Under the pieces are notes generated by a model. The model did not search any database and was not told the origin of the DNA. It worked only from the letters and a program-made list of their open reading frames with translations. A DNA stretch of 64,000 bases from Phoronis australis (lineage: Eukaryota > Animalia > Phoronida), in contig NMRA01000299.1 of assembly GCA_002633005.1 (NCBI GenBank), positions 1-64,000 of the forward strand. The letters are read 5' to 3'. This document shows, in pieces, positions 28,401-43,400 of this stretch (position 1 is its first letter; each line of letters begins with the position of its first letter). A program made the translations under genes and the position numbers.

Positions 28401-31400
28401 ATAACTTCATGTCAAAAAACTTCCGTGTGGCATTGGACCGAATGTTGTATTGATGCATGAGAATGATGTAGTGCAAATTTCACTAGGAATAAGCAATAGT
28501 CTAATGTTGGTTACGTATTGAATAACCAATTTTGCACAAAATTGAAAGCCTCTAAATATTTTTTGACTTGGTGTGGAATTCGAGTTTGCTCCTTTGGCAC
28601 TGATTACTTAGATATGAAAATAGAATAGATCAGCCATTTGGCTCTCAAAACTGTGAGAAAAGAATGATTCTCTTGAATAAATTTGCTGTGTAGTATATGA
28701 CGTATGAGAGGCTTTGGTGGACTTTATACCTCGGCAAGTGTCCATTTCAACAACTTGGCCATAGCTGAATGGGCCGCAGAAGACTCTAATGAGGTGTCCT
28801 TGGCAACCAGCACTCCGGTGGTCTCTGAATTGCGGGTGAAATGAAACGATCGAAAGTACGAGTGGAAAAGTAATATGAGTACAAAATTGGCCCCCCTCAT
28901 GTGGATGCTGAGCCCGTGTTCGTCGTTTTTTTTTTGGTCGCCACTGTTTACGAGCCCAATTCCTGGAATGTGAGTGGCAAGTCCTAACAGCATTTTAGAG
29001 AACAGCATAAATCATAGTATCTGAAAGTTTCATGTGACTCCGATTAGCCATTTCGAAGATATGATGTTCTGAATTCAGCCAAATTTGGACATTTGTCCAC
29101 AGTCCTACATGACCTTAATTATTTTTTTTTCTTGAGTAATACGTTTATTAACCCAGAAAGCATGTCATTACTATATACTGCTAGGGTTGGGTGGCCCCAA
29201 ATACATATCTTTACAACTTACTAAAGAAAAATAAGTCTTACATATTGAACAAATAAGTATCTAGAAAATAACTAATAAAACAATGATTGGGTGGATAATT
29301 AGTACAGATTGTTATAAAAAAGGGAGGGAAAGAGGGGAGGTTAGGGGGGGGAAGACTTTTATACACTTACAATCACTTGGTTTAGTTAACTTAATATACG
29401 TTTACATTTGCATACTAGGTGTATGTTTATGAAGTCAGTTTTCTTATAATACAACATAGAAGTGGTTATAAAAGTTAAGCACCTTATATTGTTTGAATCA
29501 TTTTAAGGAGATGCTTGCAAAAGCTTCCACTGTTCTGATGTTTTATCCGAGTAGTTAAATACAGTAAGATTCACTGCGTCAAAAAGTATAAATTTGAACT
29601 TATTAAGACAAGGTTGAGACCCATCTCTCGATGTATAGAATAATGTTGAGCATGAGTGTATATGGTATTGAAGATTTTGCTTAGATTGCCAATGAAGCAA
29701 ACTAAAAAGTGGTACATTGATGGTTCAGCGTGTAAGTTAAAAACTTTACTTATGAAATGATGTAAAGAATTCCAGAAACGTTTAACACAGAAGCAGCTGT
29801 AAAACATACGCTGGAAAGTCTGGACATAGCCACAATAGGGACATTGGTCAGTTTGTGAAAAACCAAATATTTTAACATCTTGTTTGTATTAATTCTTGTG
29901 TGGGTGAAAAGGTATTTACACATTGTCAAATGAGTGTTTATGGGTAGATTGAAAGGGAGATTTCGTCGTCTGTGTAATAATTGAGTAACGACGCATAATT
30001 ATCTGGTTTCTCAGAAAACTTGTGGATAAATACGTTTTTAATCCATGAATTGAAACTATTGATCAATAAAAATCTAATGTTGTTACAACTAACAATCCTT
30101 CTATCCACCTCACCCAGAACTTTCTTCAAGGTCATTGTAATGGAAGAAAATGGTATGATAGACGTATCCTTCAAGTTGTAATTTTCTTAATGCTTTCTCA
30201 TTTAAGAAGTTTAATTAATTAATTTTCATGAAACAGACCCTACAGGTCTGATCACCTATAAAGAGTCACATGTACTCATTGTTTTTTGTAAAAAGTGACG
30301 TCCTCAATAATGATGTTAGCTAGGTGGTAATATTTCCTGTTGGTCTCTATAGTATTACTCTTTCCATTTTGTTCAAGCTGCCAACTGTGGGGATCCTGGC
30401 CAAATTGCCAATGCCAGTAAGAGTGGCAATGACTACACATCACCGAACACTGTAACATACACGTGTAACACGGGTTTTTATGCTGTGGGAGGTGCCTTGA
30501 CTCGTCAGTGTCAATCATCAGGCTTGTGGTCTGGAGTGCCACCTGTGTGTACAGGTATAGAACTTTTTCAGATTGTGGCCATCTTGACATAGATATTTTT
30601 ATTTTTGAGTGTTGGGTGCTTGTTCCTAAACAAGGACTTGTAAACTAATGTAGTGTCCCCGTACTCACATTTTTTAACTAATTACTGAATTATACTCGTT
30701 TTAGTTAAAACTAGAAGAAATTAACATGTGCTACAATTTTCTAACTAGTTGTGGCTTGAATACAATAAAGTGGAAGACGTTAGTGTATTTCTTTTCATTA
30801 CCAGCCTGTGTAGTATGCACCAGAGTAGAATGTTGTTGAACCAGAGTTTTATCTGTTTTCCCTACTTTGGGAATTTGTTTATTACCAATATTATATTTCT
30901 GTGATTAATATTTGTCGGTGAGAAACTTCCAAGCTTGTTTGCTGAGAAATAAGAAAGGTTTATTACCCATGTTTAGCTTACATGGCTAAAAGTTCAAAAT
31001 TTCCGCTTTTAAATACCCATGCTTGGCTTAATGCTCACCACCAATTTATACAATGGAAAGTGTCTGCGTCTTAGACTTTTGATTATCGGCAGTTTTTTAA
31101 GTGACACCTTGCCTTATTCATGTGGGAACATTATATGCATTCCTTACTGAATATGATGTGAAATCTAGTGTTATATATTGTGCATTCGAGCAAGAATGGT
31201 GAAGATGTTTGTGTGAAAGAATCGACTTTTCAGGTAAACACCACCTTCAAGTTTTCAAAACTTGTTTTTGAACACCCACACCAGCTTAACACCCAGCCCT
31301 ATTTTCCATTTTTGCACCCTGAGTACAATAGTTCTGAGTAGGAGTACAATGAAATTATAGTAACTGTTGTGATAAAAAATTATTAATTTTATGAATTAAG

Positions 31401-34400
31401 GAGGACTTCCAAAGTAAATTAAAGAGAAGAAAAGAAGAGCGAGGTTTATGTGACTGATTATAACAAGAACAGATAAAATATTTAGATTTAACTGCATGAT
31501 GGGTGTATGGCAGAAATCTGCCATAGATCCAGCACACACCCAATAATTTTGTTGTTGGATCCTTGTTTTCTCTTTTAGAAATAACATGTGGAGTGGCACC
31601 CACTTTGCCACATACCACAGTTGTGACGTCTGGCTCAAAATTTGATGACATTGCCAACTACACCTGTGTGACAGGATATAGACCGTCTGACTACACCATT
31701 TTAAGATGCAATGAAACTGGTCATTGGTCAGGGTCCCTGCTCCAGTGTCAAAGTAAGTTCTTGGTGTTTGTTAAATTTTAGCATGATTGAACTATTTTTC
31801 GAAATTTATTCTAGGATTTTGGAGTAAAAGTTTCATACCAGTGCTTGCGATGCATGGCCCAGAGGCCACTCGACAGTCCGTAACTTGCTTGAGATTGACC
31901 ATTATGCATAATTTTGCTCTTTAATTCTTATGTCATTGTTGTGGATAATAAAGAACTCAAAACACTGGTGATAGAACGTGTGCAACTTTATATGATAACA
32001 CATGTATTTTAGTTTCCTTAGTCATGCATGAAAAAACAATGTTTCATTTGTTCACCCTATTGGGTCCTTAGGCCGCCATATTGTGCCATTAATTCGACGT
32101 GTGATTTCAGCGTACCGTCACATGTCCCACACTTCAAAATAATTTGTCAACAGTTTTTTAATCAAGTCAAGAATACAAGTCTTATTCAATTAATCTTTCC
32201 ACAGTTGTCACATGTTCAACCCTGGGGGATGTGGGTAATACTACCAAGCAGATTTTGGGCACCACTTACCTGTCAGAGACGAGGTATGCTTGTAAGCCAG
32301 GCTATCGACTGGTATCAGGCGACCTAGTCAGAACATGCACTGACACAGGCAGTTGGTCTGGCATACAGCCTGTTTGTGAAGGTGAGCAGATTCATCTGAG
32401 TATAATGCAGGCAATAACGGGTGTTACAAGCTGGATGAGATTAAGTAATACATTACCAGGGTGATAAAAATGTCTCAAATGTGTAAAAAGCATGTAATAT
32501 GTATCGAAATTACCACGCTAACATGTAAAACATGTAAAAACATGACGCATGTCAAACATGTAAAATTTGACACGCTAGCGTGTCGAACGTGTAAAATTTG
32601 CCATGCTAGCTTTTCAAACGTGGAAAATTTTCCACGCTAGCTTTTCAAACATGTAAAATTATGACACGTTAGCGTGTCAAACATGTAAACTATGATAGCA
32701 CTCTTCAATAAAGATACAATTGACATGCTGTTTGGAAAGACAAACTGGAGTATTCTTAAGTTTTTAATTCTTTCTATCACACGTTCCACGTGGATTCTCA
32801 GTCGTGCAATGCGCCTACTTTCTATTTCCTCTTGTCACGACAGTTGATCTTGGCCATTCAAAAATGGTGGAATGTTAAGTTTAAGTTGTTTTTGCGCCAA
32901 TTATCCGTCAATCAAAAAGCCTGGATCTGCCATAACTGAATCGCCAACATCAATTAAGTCCATCAGAAGCCCACTCTTCTCTGTAATCTTGTCAGACATC
33001 CTTCCTGGAACTAAGTCACTATAGGTAGAGTAATAAGTCATTTCGCTGTGTTGTGACTTTTGTATGAGGAATATGTCTCTGATTGCACACGAAAGTGAGA
33101 AGGAGTTTGTATGAAAATCTCTGTACAAGCCAGAATTATGCGGGTGCTGGGATATTCTTGTTTAAAGCATTGAGGCATAAATTCAACGACATCTTTTGTG
33201 GCCCAAATATGTAGTTCTCGACAGCGACGAAGTAAATCAAAATAAGTTGAACAGATCTGTGAAATAGTGGAAAAAATGCACCCCAAGCCTGAAATAAATA
33301 GCATGCATTAATGTATCAGAATATTTGTTAACTTTTGATTGTTTCGACCTACACTAAGTGATTGATTTCATAATTTTTTATTAACCAGTGCCTGGTCAAC
33401 TATAGATTCAAATAATTGGTGAAGGGTTTAACACTAGACAACCATAAGGGGGTGATTGAGATTATGGCAATGTCGCTTTACAGCAAAACAACGGAGGACA
33501 TATCAGATAGAGCAGGGGCAGATCCAAGCCCCTGGGCATCCAGATTTGTGACTGCCATTCAAGAATAAACTTACTACATGCAGTGGCGAATTTAGAGGGG
33601 GCCAAGGGGGTCATGGCCCCATTAAAATTCCCCCTGATTCCATTTGGCAGTTCGGGGTGCAAATGCCCGACGGGCAAAATTGTGGCTAATATTCTGTCCT
33701 GGCCCCCCTTAACTCAAAATCCTGGATCTGCCCCTGACATGTACTGGTTATGAATATTTCTAATACATAAATTTCCTGAATGCCAGGTCCTCTTCAAGTA
33801 ATCCAAGTCTCAAACAACAAAGCACCATGAACCACTCATTTTCAGGGATCAGTTGATCAGGATCTTTCAGTGATGAACCCCAGTAGACTAAGTTGTTGNA
33901 TGTCTTCTTTCAAGAAATTGAACAAGACCATGAGTGATCATAATCACTGAAACCGGTATAGAATTTGATTGCCCCTACTTTATTTGTTATGCGGTCCAAA
34001 AGAACTTTTTCAGTTGACAGCTTTTTTCTTGTGCTTTCCAATTCAAGGTTAGCAATATGATATTTGCACCTAGCTTCCTGATTCATACGTTTTACAGATA
34101 GCATTTGCTGTTTCAGTTCATTCAACTCTGTTCTCACTTGAGTGAGTTCAGCTTCAAAGTCAAGAACTTTGCCTGACCTAACTTCGATTGTTTCATTTTT
34201 TTGCTTTATAATGCCAAGCAAGTCCTCTCTCTCGTTTGTAAACACAGCGTAGCTATGATCAGTGACCTTGTGACTGAGGGCACGACTGTCGTCATTTTCA
34301 GTATTGGGCAATCGGCATTGATTTCGAAATATCCGCCACTGGTTTCATTCAGGTTGAGAGTTCTTGGGTGGTTTATTTCTTCTGTATCTTTCGTTGTGGA

Positions 34401-37400
34401 ATTCTAGAGACGATAGTTTTAAGAGGGAGTTCCATCGGAATGTTGTTCTCATACGTCTTTTTTCCGTCAGGAAAATGTTCACTGCACACACGATGGCCCC
34501 GTGTTGGTTTGAATTTACTAAATCTCCTCTTACTTCCATCTCTCCCAATGTTCTTTATCCATTTTTCACGAAATTCTTGGTTTGCAGGGAACATATAAAA
34601 ACTCAAATTTTTATCTCTCTTGCTGTTTTTGAAGCAGCCAGGAACACAACAAGAGTAAGTTTTCCTCGCGCTCATACTGCGTATTATGCTTGTTAATATG
34701 GCCGCTTTCAGAATCCTGACCACAACACCCACAATGCACCACTTTAACCTAGTTTCAATATGGCATCGCTGCAAATCCGCTATTGATTAGTCAATGTGAG
34801 ACCCCACACAGCTGTGGCAACAATTGCTATAATCAAGTTATTTCCCTTTTTGAGTTATCTAAAGACCCTGTGTTGGCCAAAAGGTGAAATAGCATGCATA
34901 CATGGAAATGGCTCTTGTATGGGACTCTTAAGTTAATAATCTGTGTCTGATATGTCAGCAACTTGTTCTAGTATCAGTGTAATGAGGTGATGATAAGTGG
35001 AGAGATAATAAGATACACTACTATCCCATTACAAGTTGTTTGAACTAAGAGAAGTCCTGATTTATACTTGTCTTGTAAGTATCACCAAGCCACACCCCTG
35101 TAACAAAAATTTTGCTGAATCGAAACATGTTTTCCTTCTTAAAAATGTAGCTGTCATGCTATCTAGTGTTTATAGGCAGGGAACTATAGTGAGAGAGTTG
35201 CAACTATGCTGAAGTGTTGAATTATTTGAGACTGGAACCCAAATATCCAGAATCTTCACTCAACTTTCCATTATGTAAGTAAAGTTTTCTCACACTGAAG
35301 ACTGGTATTGTTGAATCAATGCCAGTTGATGAAGAATTATTCCCTTATGAACTGTCCTCAAGAAAGATCTGGTATGCCAGATTTTCCTTCCTTAGAATAT
35401 TTGTTCAACGGAGGGCGAGTATAACCAAACAGGATGACAGTTGGCTCAGATGATAGCAGTATAAGATTTGTTTCCATTCAAACCTCATTAAATCATTTGT
35501 TCCCATGACTTTCAGCTGCTGGTGATTTCATTACCACAACCACATGTCTAGGGTCCACAGTTAACCTCACATGTCCGCAGGCAGTCAACACAAGCCAGAC
35601 TCTGATAGAAGTCGTTACTGCCTCCTTCGGCGTAACCATAACAGGTGTTTGCAATGCAACATCCATACAGACCTGCCCCAGTAATGGTACAGACGAGGCC
35701 ATTGTTCGCAACGAGTGCCAGTACAAGATGTTCTGTAGTGTCACACCAACCAATCAATACTTTGGGAGTCCGTGTCCAACTAACATTAGCAGTGACCCGT
35801 TTCTTATTGTGATGTACTTGTGCTCAGGTAAGTGTATTTCAGTTGTGATAATTCAGTTTCTAATGGTCTGTATGAAGAAAATTCACGGAAACATTTTTTT
35901 TTTGTAGTGTAATCTGCATAAGTTTTCTCAGTATGATCACATGATGTTTCAGTTTATGGCTCCAGGTGACATTTTTTTGCAGTTGTGAGAACAGCTAATC
36001 TCTTTCCATTTTATGTGCTGGCATATTTCTCGTATGTGTGCCATTATGTTGTCGTCCCCGTCCGTCCAGCGTCTGCTGCTCTATCTCTATAACCCTTCGA
36101 TATATGTTCATGAAATTAAACAGATAATCTTCCTTCCATGGATGGGACGATATGAGCAAATCCGACCTCCTTGTGCTCCCAGTGACAATATTAGTTTTTT
36201 ACCTACTTTACCTTAACAAAGTTTGTATCTTTAGAGGTTCTCAACTGATTTTCACGAAATATGACAAATAGGTATCTATCTGTGAGATGATATTATCTTC
36301 CCATTTTCAGATGGATTCAAAGTATTGTGCGCTACCTAGTCACGATTTTTTTGTTTTGAAGCTGTTTTTTGCCTCTGGTCCTCTATCTACCAAACCATTT
36401 TAAGGATTATTGTGAAAATTGGCATCTATGTTCCTACTGCAAAGAGGATGGCTGATGTTGATTTACGGACTACTTCGATCACTGTAACGCCCAGTGACAG
36501 TGTTGTTTTTTTTACATCCATGGCTGTATCTCCTAACCCTCTGCTGAAGTTTTTTTAAATTTGGCAAGCGTATAATATGAAGTTGATAACAAATGATGAC
36601 AACTTTTGAATGGATCCAACTAATGTGCCCCCTCATGACAATTTCATTTTTCACGTTTTCCACTGACTTTGAAGTTCCTTGATGGATTTTTATGAAATTT
36701 AGTAAATAAGTTTCTGTTAAAGAGTCAATGACATGTTCCTGTTTTTGGATGGATTTGGTGTATTATTTACGACATCTAATGGCCATTTTTACACATCAGT
36801 TTTTGGTGTCCGCCCCTCTAGTGGCAATTTTACTGTTTATGCCAATGTGAACTCTCCTGTTGAAGAAATTGACAACATTGCTTTCCATATTATGTGTCTG
36901 GCTGCACCATCAGGTTCAATTTTCTGTTTTAACCCACGGTTGTTGACATTCGTTTAAATGTTAAATTCATTATGTATGTTCCTATAGTGAAGATGATGTT
37001 GCACTGTGTTAATTTTTAAATAACGAGCACTGTGTTCACCACAGTATGTTTGGTGTTGCTGCAAGAAAATGATCGAAGAGTTCTGAGTAGAATTTGTTTC
37101 AGGCATACTAATGCTATGCTAGGGTGTCATATATTTTATTCTGGGTTTCTGTTGTTCTTCAAGCAACTTTTTTCAATGCATAAGATGTGCTTGCAGTATG
37201 AAGATCACTAACAGTTTAACCCCTAGTCTACTGGGGAGACAACAACGCTGCCTTCAAATTTTTGCAAAGTATGACATATGATGTGCCATCTAATGGCCCA
37301 CCCTAATACAGCCACACACCTTGTCGTCTACAAGACCTACGTTTGTGCTCCATTTTTCCAACCTCCCATCCCGGGTGTCCACATTTTTTCTTTTTCTTGT

Positions 37401-40400
37401 TATACATTACCTGTAAAGGACTTTTGTAAGTTTGTTTTGTTTATAATCTGTACATTTTCTTTAGACTCCTTCAGGCAGTTCTTTTGTCTTTTGTTTTGGT
37501 TCCATCATTAAGGGCAATTCATTGTTCACGCCGGTGGCATTTTTTCCATGCCCATCTTGCAAAGTCTTATTTAGTTCTACTTATGTCATAATAAATGACA
37601 TTCTCAATCCTCATCTTGTCTTACTCTGCAACAGCTCACGGCATACCCTGGGCAAAACAGATTACAATATAAAGTACATTATTCAGAATTTTATCACAAA
37701 TGTATTGTTTGACAAGTGTACAGTGTGGATGACACATCACTGACACCAGTTGATTTCTGGGCAGATTTCATTTCAGTGTCCACTGTATTAACCCTCAGTG
37801 GTCATTTTGGTCTCGACGGTGCTTGTTCAGCACTTTTTAAGGATAGGCGAAACATTTCCAGATTGTGTATAGAGAACTGATTAATGGATTTCGTTGAGGC
37901 GTCACACAGAATATATGTGAAATTGAGGCGGCACCAGCTGGTTTTTAGACAGATTTGATTTCTGTAGCACTGGTACGTGCAAGCTTGTAAGGCGTCACTA
38001 GGGTGGTGCATCACACTTTTCAATCTTCTATAGCTGCCTTTGGGACCAGGATTCATGGCTTTTCAGTTGGGGTATTCAGGGTTTTGTATGATGATTTTAG
38101 CATTAAGACTTAATTTTTCTAGATACCCATAATTCATTAATAGTACTTTATATATACTTAAGACGGAGTTCTAAAATTCCAGGGAATTTTGTATATAGTT
38201 TTAAGCAATTAGTAGTGTTTGCCTAATATTTACTGTTTAAAGTTTGTCATTCTAGTTGTGTGTCAAAACGTATATACTTTTGTAACTTCTAGCATCATGG
38301 AATCATTATATGTTGTCAGCATTGCGAATAAACATATTTTCTCATGAATACATCCTTTTAGAGTTTTTCTGCAAGGACCCAGGTAACGTGACCCACGGTA
38401 GTCGCCATCTTGATTCACTAAGTGCTGGCTCTAACGTGACCTACACATGTGACACAGGCTACGAAGTCACTTCTGGAGATGCGTTGCGAACATGTCATCC
38501 CAGTGGGACATGGACAGGAGTGTTACCAACTTGCACAGGTGCCATTTATATGTGGTTCAATAAACCAAATTTTGATCTATTAAGCCACTCACTGTTATAA
38601 AATCAGTCTCATTTTGTTTCAACCTTCATTGACTTTTTTCCAATATGTTTGTTGCCCTTCATAGCAATGCTTTAAATGCATTTCATGCGCTAACTACGCA
38701 AGTTGTGAAGTTTTTTTTTCTGTTGATATTTGATTATGTTGAAAATCTATCACATTACGTCGTTTTCCCGTTGTCCCAACTTGTTCAATTCTATAGCCCA
38801 ACAAGAAGTTGGGAAGATCACCCCTGTAGCCAATATCTTACACGACTGATTACCTCCATTCTGGCTTGTATGGTTGGAGGGCCAGTTTCTCTAATCTCCA
38901 ATAAGAGCGTATCTAGCCTGACTGGGCTGTGCTGTTAAAAACAAAAGTTAAGTTATAATATATTTGAACATAAACCAATAGCATTTCTGAATTCCTCGTC
39001 AAATGCTGATCATGTTTAGTTTTTGAATTGCCAAAATCGCCCAACTACAACCGAAGTTACGACTAGCTATTCTTTCCGAATGCTCTGGTTTTACGGGTCC
39101 GCGCCATGTTTTTAAGCTATAAAAACTTCCTGTTTATATTTTTCCTTGACTGAAAGCAATTGAACTATTATTCACTTGGAATTGTTAAGTGGTGCCTGTA
39201 GATTGTTACACAGATGTCTTGAAAAAAAGATTCCGATTTACCACCCTCATTTAGTAGTTTTACTACACTGCCCCCCGTTATGCCATTTTGAGGTTATATT
39301 CAATACACTGCTACCGTATTTGCCGTAATAACCGCCCATGCCCCTATAAGCGCCCCCCCCACGCATTTTCAGACTTTGCTAAAATAAGCGCCCAGTCCAT
39401 GAACGTGTACGTGCGAAAAATGCCTTACCTACAGTCCTAAAATTCTACAGTAACGTCTTCAATTTATCAATAATAACCGACAGTCCTGAAAAAAATCATT
39501 GTGCGCAGAATTTGTAGACCACGAGCCTTGCCGCTATGTCGGTATTTAGCCGTGACTATACACTTCAAACTTCCGCCATGCCTCAAAATGAACATTGCGA
39601 GGACCAATGGTCTGGCCTTTCAGAACAGAAGTATTAGTGTACTTGTTTTCGGGATTGCTTTGTAGATATTTCTCGCTTTCAACAGGAATCCAAATTTCTT
39701 TGTAGGCCTACACGTGAAAACCGTGAATCGAAGACTAATAAAAAGCTTGGCCAGTGTTAAAAGTACGTGGCCAGGAAGCGCGCGCTACATACATGAACCT
39801 GTCATCAAAGACATTAGTCGGGAACTATCCATTCATGAAAAGGGTAGCACACCATCGGCAAGAAATGGATATTGGCACTAATTTCCGACAGTTTCTAATG
39901 CTATAAAAAATGTTTGCGTTATTTTTAAGATGAATTGTTTTATTAACCATAATTGGTGTTTTTAAGCCAAATATCCGATATAATGACCACTGACAGTGAA
40001 TGCTTACACACCCTTACACCAAAAAATAACTGTCAGATAGTCACGTACGCATCCAGCCACACGGCGACTGATATGGCCTTACGGAGATAAATGTCAAACG
40101 TTTTTAGCGACATGAGACCGGCAAGTGCTGAATGAAACACGCTCTGGTTTAGGCCTACTGCTTGTGCAAATTTCTTTAGATGCAATGCACATCTAGCTCG
40201 TTAGATTGCGTGGCTTTGGCCAATAGACGGTATCTGCTTTGGCAAATGAACTTTGGTGACGCGCTCGCTTACTCACAAATGCAGACAACTTCAAAACAAA
40301 CGTCACGTGACAACAACATGTGTGTTCGTCCAGACATTTTTCTCATGTTGCCCATCATACATGTAGATGGCACGATGTACTAGTACAGATTTGTACTTAA

Positions 40401-43400
40401 ACCTTCCGTGATCCCGACTCCACGGGAACTTAAAAATATTAGCAGCAAAGTTTGATAGCAATGCACCACGGTTTTGTTGAAAGTCTTTTCATAGATTACT
40501 GATATGTCACAGAACGTAAATATGATGAATCTTAGCTTCCAATTTCACCCGTTTCGGAGACCGGGTTTCAACGGGCTTGGGTTATAATAAGTGCCCCCCC
40601 AAAACGAACTTTTCTAAGCACCCTGGGCAGTTATTACGACGAATACGGTATACGAAGTCTGCCCCCACTGCTATGAGAATGAAACTTAGCCAAAATGTTG
40701 ACAAAACATGTTACTTTCATTGTATAAATTTTAAATAAAAACTTTGTCAGCCAGTTTGTTAGTTTTACATTTTGGCACCTCAAATGTACTAAAATTAGAA
40801 ATTTTCAAATATCTGAGATCGCTGCGTGAGCACGTAAAATCAAATTGTCCTTAATGTTTTTCGATATTTTGCAATGTGTTTGTTCCTCCTGAATGTTTTA
40901 CTACTTAACCACCTAGGACAGACTATAGTACTCCTAGATACCATTTGCTCTATTTTTTAAAAAGCCGATTATGTCCTCCCTAGTCTACGGGGTTAGACAT
41001 GAACTCAACAAATGTAAGTTATTTTGATTTACAGTTGTTCTTTACACCTTTCAAGTCAGATTTTCTGTTGACCAAATGTTCGTGCAATGCATTGTAATAT
41101 CAAATGAATGATAGTTTAGTGGCATGAACACAATTTTTCATACGACTTAAAACAAAAGACCGCAGAAATTTTCCTGACGAAATGCCGGGTTTGTAGTTCT
41201 CTAAAAACATTCTAATGGCAAGAGAAACTCCACCACTGTCCATGGCAACTTGTCGCATGTATCGCCTATCGGTCGCATCATTATTTTCCTTTGTTGTGTC
41301 GTTGGATATAGCAACACAGGTCGCATGGATATAGAACCTTGCTCACCATTATCTTTACTATAACATCAACGGAAACAATGACGATGCTAATCTATGCGAC
41401 CAGGTTTCCCGTGGATGACCACGGAAGGGGAATCCCAAAGTATCCACAAAAACTTATCATGCACCTCAGTAACTCTTACCGCGCACACGAATCCTTTCCG
41501 TGGAACCTAAACACCAATTTTTGATATCCACGTATTGTGTTGTATTGCTCATGGTACGAGTTCAGATTTGGTTGTATTAAGATATCAATCCCCAACCCTG
41601 TAATATGTAGTTTGAGTAAAATTTTCACGTAATGAAGTTTATGGATTTATTCTCTTTTAAATGAAGAGTAAACATCAAAGTCTGCACTGGTTTTTAAAAA
41701 GTAATGCGGAAACATAAATTCAGATCAATTTCACAATTTCAAGGAAAAGAAACAGTACAGTGGTCATAAATCATGAAACAAATGTCTACCGTACTTGTCC
41801 GCGTTACCGCCTAGGGTGCTTAAATTGGGAATCTAAAAAAACGGCATGGGCGGTAAGCCAAGCATTGGCAGTTAAAATCGAAATTTTTGAAAAAGTCTGG
41901 AGTTGTTGCTTACTGCGCGGAGGACCGATTTTATCGTCACGGAGCTACACTGACGTTGGACTTCAAGCATATCAGTTAAAATATAGGTCGGGGGATTGAA
42001 GTAACCGACATTGATGGCCTGAAGTGGAATAGCGCACACGATACAGTGGCGTCGTGATCTCGAGCGCGATTGGGTTTTTACGTACCTTAGGCTTAGCAGA
42101 CAGACTACTTCTCAGACTCAGGAGGACACGTTCCACCCTCTTCACAATTCCATTCACTTTTAAGGTTCTCTAATGTCTCGCTATATTTCTTGTGCATTCT
42201 CCAAGAGTTTTTAAAGTTGTTTCTCTCGGCAATTTGTAAAAATACCACAACTGATGCGACTGGCAGTGCCAGATAAATTCGCAAACCTGCACTTCAGATC
42301 AGCCATCATTCAACTAATGCATATTGTATACTTTAGTTTGGTATTCAATGAGTTGGATGAACAATGCTAGTATAATTTCATATTTTAATAGGGTCTGCTT
42401 GTATCCTTATAATTAATTAAAAACATTTGACCAAACCAATTGTTTTAATTGTTGTATTATACGATGGCATTTTAATGCGTAGAAATGGCACACAATTAGT
42501 GGCTGGTTCAACAAGACAAATACACAAGTCATATATTATGTGCGGTCTGAAAATAGTGAAATTCGGATACCTATTACCAAGCCTGCCTGAAGGGCTGACA
42601 AAGTTTTTTTGTCTTAATTTCAAGGGCATGGAGTCTTCTACATGCCCATGTTATTATTTTCAGTTTTCTCGTGGAGGCAGCTTCGCTATTAGTGTATAAC
42701 TTAATACTGCCGGTTTTTAACAAGCATGAAAAGTACCTCCACTTAAACAGTTCCAGTGTTACCATGGTAACCGATAATTTAGTGTAGTTGCCGTTTTTGC
42801 TTACATTGGTCATGAACCTATCATGTGATATCAAACTTATCCAGAAAAGATTCTGTTTTAAGCAAAATCTGCGGTAGAGATGTAGTCAAAAATGACTCAT
42901 TTTGCCAAAGACTTCCCTAATATCTCCTAAACCACCAAACTCTGTGGTGTCATACTTCACCCAATTTCTCTCATCCCTAATGTGATTTATTGGACTGAAC
43001 ATGGATCTGAATGGCTGAGCCCCTACCTTACCGCTTTTTGGCTTTACTGTGGTCGGTGGATCCATGGACTGATACTTAATTGTAACTTAAAACCAAATGT
43101 ATAGTGTGCTATTCCAGCTGTGGACTGTGGAGACCCTGGCAATGTGACTGATGGAACTCGTGCTGGTGTGACATATTATCCTGGTATCATGACATATGCA
43201 TGTGACCCTGGTTACAGGAAATTCTCTGGTTCCGACACGCGCTTCTGTCAGGCCAACAAGCAGTGGTCAGGCATCCTGCTTAGATGTACACGTGAGTGCA
43301 GGAATTATTGAATTATCTTCCACACAGTTTTCAATTGCGTGAAGGGGATTTTAGCTGTTTTGAGTTGTAAAACTGGCTTACAGGCTGCACACATCCTGGG

